Positions 8,867 to 17,624 of a stretch of DNA of 64,000 bases are shown piece after piece. The notes under the pieces are model-generated. The model was not told the DNA's origin. It was given only the letters and a program-made list of their open reading frames with translations, and did not search any database. This DNA is from an uncultured Bacteroidales bacterium (GTDB lineage: Bacteria; Bacteroidota; Bacteroidia; Bacteroidales; Paludibacteraceae): positions 62,010-126,009 of the forward strand of contig CAMJJT010000005.1 in the NCBI GenBank assembly GCA_946406195.1. The letters run 5' to 3'. Position 1 is the stretch's first letter. Each line of letters begins with the position of its first letter. A program made the translations under genes and the position numbers.

Positions 8867-9766
8867 TTAGAATAATTTCGCAGGGTATTCGCCTTTCGCA
8901 ATGAGTTGGTTGATCTTCATTACCACTTGCGGACGATCCTCGGCATACGTGACTCCAAACCACTTGGAGGGCGTATCGAGCACTTTGCAGGTAGCCTTTC
9001 CCGCGACGATGAGATCGTTCACGAGCGTCGGGATATAATATTCGGATTTGAGTTCCTGTCCGCGCTTAAGAAGGAAATCGGTGAATCCCTCTTCGGAGTA
9101 TTGGAAATACTCAGGAGTGAAGCCCCACATATTCATCGAGACGGGAGTATGCGGCTCAAGCGGAGTGTCGATACCCTCTTCGGTAAAGACGATCTGCCCG
9201 TTCTTGTCCTCAATCTTCGTGCGCTCCACAACGTCTGTAAGCAGCCCGTTCTCATCGGTCGAACAAACACCACGACTAACGGCGCCATTCTCGCTGAGCG
9301 TGTTGCATACACGATACCCCACCATGCAATACTTCCCTTGCGTACCCTCTACGGAGCGGAGATAATCCGCCAGCACTTGGAACGACTCCTTGCCGTAGAA
9401 ATCATCGGCATTGATGACAGCGAAAGGCTCATGGATGAGGTCTTTTCCCATTAGCACAGCGTGATTGGTGCCCCAAGGTTTCGCACGCTCAGGGTTATAG
9501 GTGCAACCTGCCGGCACTTTGTCGATAGACTGGAAACACACTTCGCAGGGCACTTTGTCCTCGTATTTGGAGAGCACTTTCTCACGGAAATCCGCCTCAA
9601 AATCCTTACGGATAACAAACACGATCTTCCCAAATCCCGCGCGCAGCGCATCAAAGACGCTGTAGTCCATGATGGTCTCGCCATTGGGGCCAAGTCCATC
9701 TAACTGTTTCAGTCCTCCATAACGGCTACCCATACCGGCAGCCAAAATAAACAATGTTGGTTTCAT
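8867..9766 (-). CDS. Sugar-phosphate nucleotidyltransferase family protein
   Basis: N-terminal LAAGMGSRYGGLKQ (the GxGxR nucleotidyltransferase loop). 299 aa. Same strand as galE and manA. Confidence 0.75.
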   Translation of the reverse strand: MKPTLFILAAGMGSRYGGLKQLDGLGPNGETIMDYSVFDALRAGFGKIVFVIRKDFEADFREKVLSKYEDKVPCEVCFQSIDKVPAGCTYNPERAKPWGTNHAVLMGKDLIHEPFAVINADDFYGKESFQVLADYLRSVEGTQGKYCMVGYRVCNTLSENGAVSRGVCSTDENGLLTDVVERTKIEDKNGQIVFTEEGIDTPLEPHTPVSMNMWGFTPEYFQYSEEGFTDFLLKRGQELKSEYYIPTLVNDLIVAGKATCKVLDTPSKWFGVTYAEDRPQVVMKINQLIAKGEYPAKLF

Positions 9767-9782
9767 ATAATAGATACTTTTT

Positions 9783-9815
9783 ATTGACGATTTGACGATT
9801 GACGATTGGTCGATT
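9783..9815. repeat. 4-5 x 7-8 bp tandem repeat (ATTGACG/ATTGGTCG family) in the spacer between the YitT-like gene and the nucleotidyltransferase gene
   Basis: attgacg atttgacg attgacg attggtcg attt. Ends on the stop codon at 9815-9817. Confidence 0.85.
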
Positions 9816-10921
9816 TATTCGGTGACGGCTTCGACTTTGCCGTGAATTTTCTTGTGTCTGATCCAAAGACCATACACCTCGGAGCAGTTTCCGGCGGTGA
9901 TAAAGGCTTGGATCTTGTTCTCGCGGATGAACGCCATGACGGACGAGAACTCGTCTTGGGTCAGCAGGGATTGGATCTCTATATGTTCCTCTCCGCTGTA
10001 ACCGCCTTTTACATTGTATAATGAACACCCGCGCACGAGATCTTCCACGATATACTTACGGATTCGTTCAGGTTCGTTAGAGACGATGCAGACACGTTTG
10101 CGCTTATTGATGGCGGCGGTGAAATAATCGATTGCCAGACCGTTGATCCATGTACCGAGCAGACCGATGACCACCACGCGGAAGTCATTGATTAAGAAGG
10201 CAGTACAGCAGATGATCACACCGCCGATAGCGACCGAAGTACCGATATCAAAATGGAGGTACTTATTCACGATCTTACCCAAAATATCCAGACCTCCGGT
10301 GGAGGCATTGATGCGGAACATCGTAGCCTGACAAATACTGAGCAAGAGCACAAAACAGATGAGGTCAAACCAAAGGTCGCCCATCCCGAGACCGCCACTC
10401 ATGACGCTGTCCCGTACTTGTTCCAACACTTCGCCAGAACGGCTCAGCAGATAAGGGTTATTATGCGCATCGAGGACCGTCTGCCCTGCCTGCAGTTGGG
10501 CAAGGATATCCGGGTTCTCAATCACTTTATGGGTCAAGTTGGTATAAGGATAAATGCGGTCCCAAACTTGAGTAAGCGGACCTAAGATCATCGCCGTATA
10601 GACGGTCTTGGCGCCGAACTCATTGCCAATCAGCACAAAAGCGAGGAGCAAGAGGAAGGCATTGATACCCATTACCCAGTAGGAGAAAGTGTCCGCTGTT
10701 CCTCCGCAGAGTGTGTTGAGCACGATCGAGAGACCGGAGATTGAACCTACAATCAGATGACTTGGAATCAGGAAATAATAGACGGCTGCCGCTCCAAAAC
10801 TCATACCGACCGTCATGAAAAACAATTCACGCCAAAACTTCTTTGTGCGCATTGCTTGCCAGAACGTGCGACCCAAATCGTACCAATATTCTGCACTTAC
10901 AAATTGTTTGAGATGATCCAT
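9815..10921 (-). CDS. YitT-family membrane protein (DUF161 + DUF2179)
   Basis: 368 aa polytopic ORF with GGLDILGKIV and a C-terminal soluble domain (SLYNVKGGYSGEE...). Confidence 0.75.
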   Translation of the reverse strand: MDHLKQFVSAEYWYDLGRTFWQAMRTKKFWRELFFMTVGMSFGAAAVYYFLIPSHLIVGSISGLSIVLNTLCGGTADTFSYWVMGINAFLLLLAFVLIGNEFGAKTVYTAMILGPLTQVWDRIYPYTNLTHKVIENPDILAQLQAGQTVLDAHNNPYLLSRSGEVLEQVRDSVMSGGLGMGDLWFDLICFVLLLSICQATMFRINASTGGLDILGKIVNKYLHFDIGTSVAIGGVIICCTAFLINDFRVVVIGLLGTWINGLAIDYFTAAINKRKRVCIVSNEPERIRKYIVEDLVRGCSLYNVKGGYSGEEHIEIQSLLTQDEFSSVMAFIRENKIQAFITAGNCSEVYGLWIRHKKIHGKVEAVTE

Positions 10922-10951
10922 ATACTCATTTATTGTTTGGTCATTTATCTT

Positions 10952-12187
10952 TTACTCTTTCACCACCAGTCTTGCTGTGCGTCGGGTGGTCTGACTTAAC
11001 ATTACCGTGCGGCCGTCCTTGGCTCGATCGAGGATCTCGGGTGTCGTTCCGCGGATGGTCAGGAGCGAGAGATGGTCGTTATAGGTGACATTGAAATGTT
11101 GTTTCAGTTCCTCAATCGCATCGTTCACAAAGCGTGTGTTATCCACGCAGACAGAGATGGTGACTGCAGAAGACTGGATGAGCGACACTTTGAGGCGGTG
11201 ACGATGGATGATTTCGAAGATCTCGCTCAGGCTCTCCTCCAACACGAACGCAAAATCCTTCGCGCGCATGGTAATAAGGAGTTGGTTCTTGCGCCAGATA
11301 TAAACGGGCACATCGATCGGTCCTACGCCATCTTCCGCAATGCGACTACCAGCGGCGGTAGGATCTCCGAAAGGCTTGACGAGGAGCGGAATACGCTTGT
11401 TTTCCAGCGGACGGATGGTCTTGGGGTGAATGATCTGCGCGCCCGAATAACTCAACTCCACCGCGTCTTGGTAACGAAGCGACGGAATAAGCACTGTGTT
11501 TGCTTCGATACGAGGATCAGCGTTGAGGATTCCCGGCACATCTTTCCAGATAGTAACAGATTCGGCATCGAGATAGTTACCGAGCAGGGCGGCAGTGTAA
11601 TCCGATCCTTCGCGACCGAGCGTCGTCCGTTTGCCATCCGCTGTGCCGCCAATGAAACCTTGGGTCACCACGATCTGGGGCCGTTGGGCTCTCTCCCACC
11701 CTGCGCGGATGAGAGACGCACTGACCGCGTCGTCCACTTTAGCTTCGCGCCATGTGTTATCCGTGCGAAGCAGTTTGGGCATGTTCCACCATTCGACGGA
11801 AAGACCTTGTTTGAGCAGATAAACGGCAATGATCTGGGTAGAGAGGATTTCGCCCATCGAAACGACTTGGTCGTAGTTCTCATCGAAAGGTAGCGTCGGG
11901 TCATAGGGGATTTCCCCTTGCAGACGGATGTCCGATCCGGGCTGAAGACCCAACTCCTTCATGACGGCTACGTGGAAATCAATTATATCGACCCATTGAG
12001 ATAGTGCCTGTTCTTCTTTTCCGGCATCGAGCAGTTCCACCACTCGCTCAAGCGCGTTGGTGGTCTTGCCCATGGCAGAAACAACGACCATGAGGTCGTC
12101 TTCCACCATTCGGACTATTTTCTCCACGTTCCGGACGCCATTGGCGTCCTTCACCGAGGCTCCACCAAACTTATAAACGATAGCCAT
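10952..12187 (-). CDS. Aspartate kinase (first of two in the window)
   Basis: VYKFGGASV, VVVSAMGKTTN, GREGSDYTAA, plus a C-terminal ACT-like region. Confidence 0.85.
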   Translation of the reverse strand: MAIVYKFGGASVKDANGVRNVEKIVRMVEDDLMVVVSAMGKTTNALERVVELLDAGKEEQALSQWVDIIDFHVAVMKELGLQPGSDIRLQGEIPYDPTLPFDENYDQVVSMGEILSTQIIAVYLLKQGLSVEWWNMPKLLRTDNTWREAKVDDAVSASLIRAGWERAQRPQIVVTQGFIGGTADGKRTTLGREGSDYTAALLGNYLDAESVTIWKDVPGILNADPRIEANTVLIPSLRYQDAVELSYSGAQIIHPKTIRPLENKRIPLLVKPFGDPTAAGSRIAEDGVGPIDVPVYIWRKNQLLITMRAKDFAFVLEESLSEIFEIIHRHRLKVSLIQSSAVTISVCVDNTRFVNDAIEELKQHFNVTYNDHLSLLTIRGTTPEILDRAKDGRTVMLSQTTRRTARLVVKE

Positions 12188-12190
12188 CAG

Positions 12191-12211
12191 TATTCAGCAT
12201 TCAGAGATTCG
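12191..12211. repeat. 3 x 7 bp tandem repeat (NATTCAG) spanning the ribH stop codon
   Basis: tattcag cattcag agattcg. Confidence 0.6.
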
Positions 12212-12677
12212 CCATGCGGATGGCGGTATATGCGCCCTCGATACCTTTGTTGCCCAATTTGCCACCACAACGGTCCAGAGCTTGCTGCTTATTGAGGACC
12301 GTGAGGACAGAGAAAATTACCGGCACTTTGCCTTGTGTATTGAGCATCGCTACCCCTTGAGTCACGGATTGACAGACATAATCGAAATGCGGCGTCTCTC
12401 CTTGGATGACACACCCGATAACCACCACTGCGTCCACGTGTTCCTCACGCATGATACGCGCTGCGCCGTAAGTCAGCTCCACCGTTCCGGGCACATGCAT
12501 CACGTCGATATTCTCCTCGGGCACGCCATGTTTGATGAAGGTATCGATGGCTCCTTGTGCCATGGCATAAGTGATTTCACTATTCCAATCCGCCACTACA
12601 ATTGCATAGCGCTGACGTCCGAGGACATCAGCGCCAGGCAGTTGGTTCGCATCGTATTTAGATAGATCTGTTGTCAT
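12201..12677 (-). CDS. ribH: 6,7-dimethyl-8-ribityllumazine synthase
   Basis: ORF trimmed to the ATG at 12675-12677 (MTTDLSKY...). Motifs VVADWNSEIT, VPGTVELTYGA, VIGCVIQGETPHFDYV. Confidence 0.9.
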   Translation of the reverse strand: MTTDLSKYDANQLPGADVLGRQRYAIVVADWNSEITYAMAQGAIDTFIKHGVPEENIDVMHVPGTVELTYGAARIMREEHVDAVVVIGCVIQGETPHFDYVCQSVTQGVAMLNTQGKVPVIFSVLTVLNKQQALDRCGGKLGNKGIEGAYTAIRMANL

Positions 12678-12678
12678 A

Positions 12679-13359
12679 TTATTCAGCAACAGCGATGTAT
12701 TTGTCGATATCCTGTGCTTCAGCTGAAGAGGGATAATTCTCCTTGATGGCTTTGAAAGCATCCAGAGCCTTTCTGTTTTCGCCCTCGTGGAGATAAACGA
12801 TACCTGCTTTCTTGAGGCTCATCGGAGCGATGATCTCATTGCCGGACTCAGCAGCAGCTTCGAAAGCCTTCGCTGCCTTGCCGTACTCACCAAGCTCTAC
12901 ATAAGCATCTCCCAAGAGCTGACGAGCCGCGGGATCGATATTGAGGTCGTCCGCCGAGAATTTCTTCAGATACTTGGCAGCCTCTTCGTACTCGCCCTTC
13001 TCGTAATAGCAGATACCTGCATAGAGCGCAGCAAGCTCGCCCTGCTGGTTGCTATATTCATCGGCGATAGCTGCAAAACCGATACACTCAGCGTCGTCTC
13101 CGTTGAGGGCTTTGTCAAAATCGCCTGCTTGGAAATAAGCGGCAGCCTTTGCGTTCTCATTGGAAGCCTCCAGCGCTTTCGGCTTGATCACGTACTGGTT
13201 GATAGCGATGATACCCATCACTACAACTGCGATTCCGCAGACGATCCAAGAGATGAGGTTGGAGTTGTCCTCAATCCATTTACCTGCGCCCGTGAGCGCA
13301 TCATTTACTTCTTGTAATTGTTCGTCCTGTTTAACGAACTCTTCTTTCTTTTTTGCCAT
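12679..13359 (-). CDS. Membrane-anchored tetratricopeptide-repeat protein (YfgM-like)
   Basis: One TM (LISWIVCGIAVVVMGIIAI) followed by TPR-like AxxYxxG repeats. Confidence 0.7.
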   Translation of the reverse strand: MAKKKEEFVKQDEQLQEVNDALTGAGKWIEDNSNLISWIVCGIAVVVMGIIAINQYVIKPKALEASNENAKAAAYFQAGDFDKALNGDDAECIGFAAIADEYSNQQGELAALYAGICYYEKGEYEEAAKYLKKFSADDLNIDPAARQLLGDAYVELGEYGKAAKAFEAAAESGNEIIAPMSLKKAGIVYLHEGENRKALDAFKAIKENYPSSAEAQDIDKYIAVAE

Positions 13360-13420
13360 TTTATTTAGATTTTTTATTATTTTACAATGGGTGCTTTGGG
13401 TGTTCTAACGAAAAAGCGTG

Positions 13421-13451
13421 CAAAATTACAAAAAAAAATTGACATACACAA
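13421..13451 (-). promoter_or_regulatory. Promoter (-33 TTG, -7 TAATTTTG) for the TPR-ribH-aspartate kinase unit
   Basis: Minus strand reads ttgtgtatgtcaatttttttttg TAATTTTG. Confidence 0.5.
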
Positions 13452-13595
13452 GAGTGTATGCCATTTTTTCGAAAATTAGTGCAAATTTTATTGTTTCTTG
13501 CACGAGAAAGGGTTCTGTCATTTACGAGAAAACCTCGAACCAAAGTCTGAAATTTAATTAAGTATGGTTATTATACCACCCTATCCCTTTTACAG

Positions 13596-13883
13596 TCAGT
13601 AGATATTTTTGGCGCGGCGGTTAGCGAGAGAGTCGTGCCATTTATGGAGCCATTCATCGTGCTTAATGGGGTCACGAAGATCGGCGTCTGCTAAGGCGGA
13701 GGCTTGCTTGATGAGTTGGAAGGCCTGACGTTGGGCATCAGTGACAGAGTCCGGATCACGATGTTCGGGCATGTGAGAAATGACCTCTTCGCCAAAACGG
13801 TTAGTGAGATAGAAACGATGTCCGTTAGGCGGGAGTATTCCCGTATACTTTTTGTACTTTTTATTTAATGTTACTCTTCCCAT
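13596..13883 (-). CDS. Small hypothetical protein (95 aa)
   Basis: ATG-initiated ORF downstream of the promoter at 14031-14061. I recognise no motif. Confidence 0.45.
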   Translation of the reverse strand: MGRVTLNKKYKKYTGILPPNGHRFYLTNRFGEEVISHMPEHRDPDSVTDAQRQAFQLIKQASALADADLRDPIKHDEWLHKWHDSLANRRAKNIY

Positions 13884-14030
13884 ATTTATTAGTGTTTTGA
13901 TAGGTGTTGCATAGGACTTTACCCCGAGATTCCCCCGATCCGATTCTCTCTCGATAGTGTCTCGCTAGTCTGATTTGGCTATACAACCCTTAATGTCAGG
14001 CAACAAAATCCTCTTATTGGAAATCGATTG

Positions 14031-14061
14031 CAAAGGTACAAAAAAAATCCCACATATGCAA
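14031..14061 (-). promoter_or_regulatory. Promoter (-33 TTG, -7 TACCTTTG), about 140 nt upstream of the 13596..13883 ORF
   Basis: Minus strand reads ttgcatatgtgggattttttttg TACCTTTG. Confidence 0.5.
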
Positions 14062-14080
14062 ATATATGCGGGAGTTTTTT
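14041..14080. terminator. Bidirectional hairpin terminator downstream of the 14103..14780 gene
   Basis: tcccacatat-gcaaat-atatgcggga (one mismatch), flanked by an A-run and a T-run. Confidence 0.45.
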
Positions 14081-14102
14081 GCAGTTTTTGATCTTTTTCG
14101 TG

Positions 14103-14780
14103 CTATTTTATTTCCTGGCCGGTGAGGGTGTAAGTACGATCGGCGTTTTCTATACGCACCTGGTCGTTTTGGAGCACCTTACGAGCAGATTTACGAGGAA
14201 CAGAAGGAGCTACCACATCTAGAAACTCACCATTACCAGGGAGAGAATAGACGTAATATCTTTCTTTTGTTTCCGGAATATAATCATCTCCCATATTGTA
14301 CAGATACTCATGAATAATTAATTTCCACTTACCATTTATAGTCATCAAGCCAAAACTATAATCGGAATCTTGTAAATCACTTACTAATTCTCCATCCTCA
14401 TTATACACAGAGATATGTGAATTTACATATTTTATGAATGTCACCTTTCCATCCGTTGTGAAGATATTTCGCGTAAACATACAGAAAGCATAATCCGGCG
14501 ATCCTTTAAGTGCAGCTGGAGCTTTGCGCGCGGGAGCAGAGGGCGAAGGAGTATTAGAAGAATGCGCGAAACGAATTGATTTATACAACGACATATCATC
14601 GTTATAAAGTTCAATTAAAGTATCTCCATAAACCATAGGTAATTTGCCACAGTCAAAATAATAATCTTCGTATGAAAGCCATTTAGGGAAAGACCCTTCA
14701 AACACTTTCTCCAAATAGATTTGGGCATTGGCAAATGTAGCCGCAAATAGGGCTGCGAGAACAAAGATAGATTTTTTCAT
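14103..14780 (-). CDS. Secreted hypothetical protein (signal peptide, Pro/Ala-rich linker), AT-rich gene
   Basis: MKKSIFVLAALFAATFANAQ signal peptide. The lines I counted in the gene body are about 27-35% GC, against about 50% in the flanks. Confidence 0.55.
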   Translation of the reverse strand: MKKSIFVLAALFAATFANAQIYLEKVFEGSFPKWLSYEDYYFDCGKLPMVYGDTLIELYNDDMSLYKSIRFAHSSNTPSPSAPARKAPAALKGSPDYAFCMFTRNIFTTDGKVTFIKYVNSHISVYNEDGELVSDLQDSDYSFGLMTINGKWKLIIHEYLYNMGDDYIPETKERYYVYSLPGNGEFLDVVAPSVPRKSARKVLQNDQVRIENADRTYTLTGQEIK

Positions 14781-14805
14781 AATGTTAAATGTATTAAATG
14801 GTTAA
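14781..14805. repeat. 3 x 8-9 bp tandem repeat (NNNGTTAA family) immediately upstream of the 14780 start codon
   Basis: aatgttaa atgtattaa atggttaa. Confidence 0.6.
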
Positions 14806-15009
14806 ACATAAAAATGGACGTTCCTTATCTTTCTTCGAGGCTGTAGGAATTGCCCAAACACCGATAAGTCACGCCCATACATAGTACGGACGCTTGCTGA
14901 CTTATTATTGGTGTTTCTCTTGAACTTCCTACATTCCGAAGAAACCAAATAAACCGCAAACGCGAAAAATCAATATGTCCTTCTGTTTAACGTCGGGAAG
15001 CGACGATGG

Positions 15010-15471
15010 TTAGAGATCGCCGGACCAGCCGTGACCGAGATCCCAATGTTCGTCATAACGGAACTCGAAATACGGCAAGGCGAAATATTTCTCCAAAAGT
15101 GCGGTCAATTCGTCCTCAATATCCTTAGCCCACTGACCGACAAAGACCACAAAATGATCGACCGCCCATGCTACACGACCTCGCGGCACCTGGGTATAAT
15201 CGCCGCTGAACTTGGTAGGCTCGTGTTTGGCCAAGGCCTTGAAATACTGTTTCTGCCAAATTTGACGGTGAAGCGTCTGATAGTTGATATAAGGCAGGCC
15301 TTTATCAGCCGCCTCTTCTACCATTTTGGGCGTCAGTTCTTTCTTGTACACGCCGAAGAAATCGTGCTCTTGAGGATCATACCAAAAGATACCGACCGCC
15401 GGCATGGGTTCATCGAAAGACTTCATGTCTGCCATAATGGCTTCTTTTTCACTATGCGATAATGTGGTCAT
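15010..15471 (-). CDS. Hypothetical cytoplasmic protein (153 aa)
   Basis: ATG-initiated ORF with a canonical promoter 25 nt upstream. I recognise no motif. Confidence 0.55.
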   Translation of the reverse strand: MTTLSHSEKEAIMADMKSFDEPMPAVGIFWYDPQEHDFFGVYKKELTPKMVEEAADKGLPYINYQTLHRQIWQKQYFKALAKHEPTKFSGDYTQVPRGRVAWAVDHFVVFVGQWAKDIEDELTALLEKYFALPYFEFRYDEHWDLGHGWSGDL

Positions 15472-15497
15472 AATTGTTACTCAAACCTTTGCGGGTG

Positions 15498-15528
15498 CAA
15501 AGGTACAACAAATTTTGCACATATGCAA
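15498..15528 (-). promoter_or_regulatory. Promoter (-33 TTG, -7 TACCTTTG) for the 15010..15471 gene
   Basis: Minus strand reads ttgcatatgtgcaaaatttgttg TACCTTTG. Confidence 0.55.
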
Positions 15529-15972
15529 ATTTTTGTAAGATTTTTTATAAAAACGGCATCCCGGAACAGCGGAATCACGGAATCCCGAAGAAGAGAGGAG
15601 AGATGGATATTGGGGCTGCGTATGACGCGGATATGCCGAACGCGAGGGGCGAATACGGCGCAGCGGAGGGTTAATGGGAGGGAGCGCCGGCGAAGGGCTA
15701 AACCGCCTATGCCCGAGCCCCTGAGGTAAATGGGCACAAAAAAAGCGTTCGATAACTTTGCTCGAGAAAACTTCCTGAGAATAGGATTTGAGGCCTGCTT
15801 TTTCCTCTGTAATCCGGCCACCTCATCGCTACCCGGGGGTTAGGAATGTAAACTAACCCAATGCACGGGGTCTCGGCGTAGAGTACCGGCACGCCATTAG
15901 TGAAGCATTTGCACTCGGTTAATTGTTATTTGTTGAGTTTTCCGGTTCCTATTGTTATCGAACGCTATACTT

Positions 15973-16037
15973 ATTGACGATTGGACGATTGACGATTTAC
16001 GATTTATTGACAACTTATTATTATTGACGAATTATTA
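15973..16037. repeat. About 65 bp array of 7-8 bp units (ATTGACG/ATTGGACG/ATTTACG), just downstream of and running into the stop codon of the beta-barrel gene
   Basis: attgacg attggacg attgacg atttacg atttattgac ... attgacg aattattatta. Same unit family as 9783-9815. Confidence 0.85.
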
Positions 16038-17378
16038 TTAACGATGCCAGCCGATGGTGACTACTACACGGTGGGTATCGGCATTGATGTCATAAGGGTC
16101 ATTGACTGCTTCATGTGCCCATATTTTGACGCGCTGCATGCGATATTGGTAGGCTGCTTGAACCAACAGATAACGTCCTCTATATCCCACAGCTCCGGAG
16201 ATATACTGCGTACGATGGGTACGCAGGGAATAGGTATCCTGCCGCTCAAGGGACATATCCATCTCCTTCAAGGGATAAGACTTACGGAAAGGACTTTCGT
16301 AGGCGTATCCGGCATTGAGGTACACACCCGGGTAAGGCACAACCTCCACACCCGTACGGAGCGAATGACGGTCAATCTCACCGGGTTGGTGGAAATAGTC
16401 ATACTGGAACGCCAAGAGCGCATAATTGGTGATTTGGAATGCCGCAGAAGTACTCAGATGTAACGGCATATGGAAGCCCGACACTTCGAAACGCTGGTTA
16501 GGAGCTGAGGAAGAACCCGGTGCTACCGAATCAGCTTGCGCTTCGAAATACCCCGATGTAGAGGTTCGGAACGTGCTGACAGAAGGAGTCTCCAATCCAA
16601 AACCGAGACGGAACCATTGTGCAGGGCGATAGATAGCGCCGACAGCAAGAGATGCACCTACTCCATTAAAGATCACGCGGGATTGGTTGTAGTTATAGAA
16701 ACGTACCCCTTTCGTGTTATAATGATCGAACCACTCCTGATATTTGCCTTCGGAGGACATAGAGAAAGAGTTGATTCTCAGACCCGCACCGACGTACCAG
16801 CGGTTGGAAATATTCATTGCCCAATCAAAAGCGTACTCATTGACATAGCCGCTCTCAAAGAGATCCATCCGTTCAGAGGCATTGAGTCGGTCCTGACAAT
16901 AAGGCCCTCCCAGATCCGCGGTGGTAGTAGCAAAGAGTGCTCCGAGCGAGGGGCTATTCTCCGCCGTGTCGCGTAACGCACGGTTGTAGGCATGGATACG
17001 CTGATACGAGATCTGGACGTTATGGTATTGAATGCCGGACACTTTATTGGTTGGGAAAGAGAGTACCAAAGCCGCCTGCGGAGCCATGAACAAACGCGCC
17101 CTGCCCTTTGTATCCGGAACACCGACCTGCCAAGCTCTATCAGCCATATAATCAAAGGAAACGAGAATCTCTGCACGTCGGTACATTCCCAGACCAGCCA
17201 CATTATCCAAGGTAGCAGAAGGATCTGCTCCGATGGCACTCATTGCCCCCGACATACCTACATAACGCGCAGTTCCCATGATCGAACGCTCACCCATACG
17301 GGCAAAATCTTGAGAAAAGCCTACCCCAACCCTCCCTAAAAGGAGGGAGATAAGAATTATGAATCGGAGCTTTTTCAT
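16038..17378 (-). CDS. Outer-membrane beta-barrel protein (FadL/PorV-like)
   Basis: Signal peptide. N-terminal ARYVGMSGAMSAIGADPSATLDNVAGLG resembles the FadL/PorV motif. Alternating aromatic beta-strand pattern, ending ...VTIGWHR. Confidence 0.55.
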   Translation of the reverse strand: MKKLRFIILISLLLGRVGVGFSQDFARMGERSIMGTARYVGMSGAMSAIGADPSATLDNVAGLGMYRRAEILVSFDYMADRAWQVGVPDTKGRARLFMAPQAALVLSFPTNKVSGIQYHNVQISYQRIHAYNRALRDTAENSPSLGALFATTTADLGGPYCQDRLNASERMDLFESGYVNEYAFDWAMNISNRWYVGAGLRINSFSMSSEGKYQEWFDHYNTKGVRFYNYNQSRVIFNGVGASLAVGAIYRPAQWFRLGFGLETPSVSTFRTSTSGYFEAQADSVAPGSSSAPNQRFEVSGFHMPLHLSTSAAFQITNYALLAFQYDYFHQPGEIDRHSLRTGVEVVPYPGVYLNAGYAYESPFRKSYPLKEMDMSLERQDTYSLRTHRTQYISGAVGYRGRYLLVQAAYQYRMQRVKIWAHEAVNDPYDINADTHRVVVTIGWHR

Positions 17379-17605
17379 CGCTTTATACGAATTGTGACGG
17401 TTGTGTCTTGAACATTAGTGAACTCTACGGGAGAAACCTTAGCCGGACTAGCGGGAGTAGCGGGAGTAGAAGCACTAGATACAGCAGAGGGATTCGATTT
17501 CTCCCAATAATACGCGTCATCCATCGGCACTTGCCCTATAGAGGCACAAGCGGTAAAGAGGAGAGAGAAGGAGAAAGCGCGCAATATGTGGACAAATTTC
17601 GACAT
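17375..17605 (-). CDS. Small lipoprotein (76 aa)
   Basis: Lipobox LLFTAC. Overlaps the downstream beta-barrel gene as ATGA. Confidence 0.5.
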   Translation of the reverse strand: MSKFVHILRAFSFSLLFTACASIGQVPMDDAYYWEKSNPSAVSSASTPATPASPAKVSPVEFTNVQDTTVTIRIKR

Positions 17606-17624
17606 TTCGTTATTACGGGATTAA

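Noticed and set aside
15545-15970. RNase P RNA, tmRNA or SRP RNA in the GC-rich noncoding block
   Set aside because: On neither strand could I find the universally conserved strings: GAGGAAAGTCCGG and ACAGAACCCGGCTTA for RNase P, the GGGG...TTCGA-type ends with CCACCA-proximal T-arm for tmRNA, or GGAAGCAGCC for SRP. The block is kept as an unassigned candidate in the findings.
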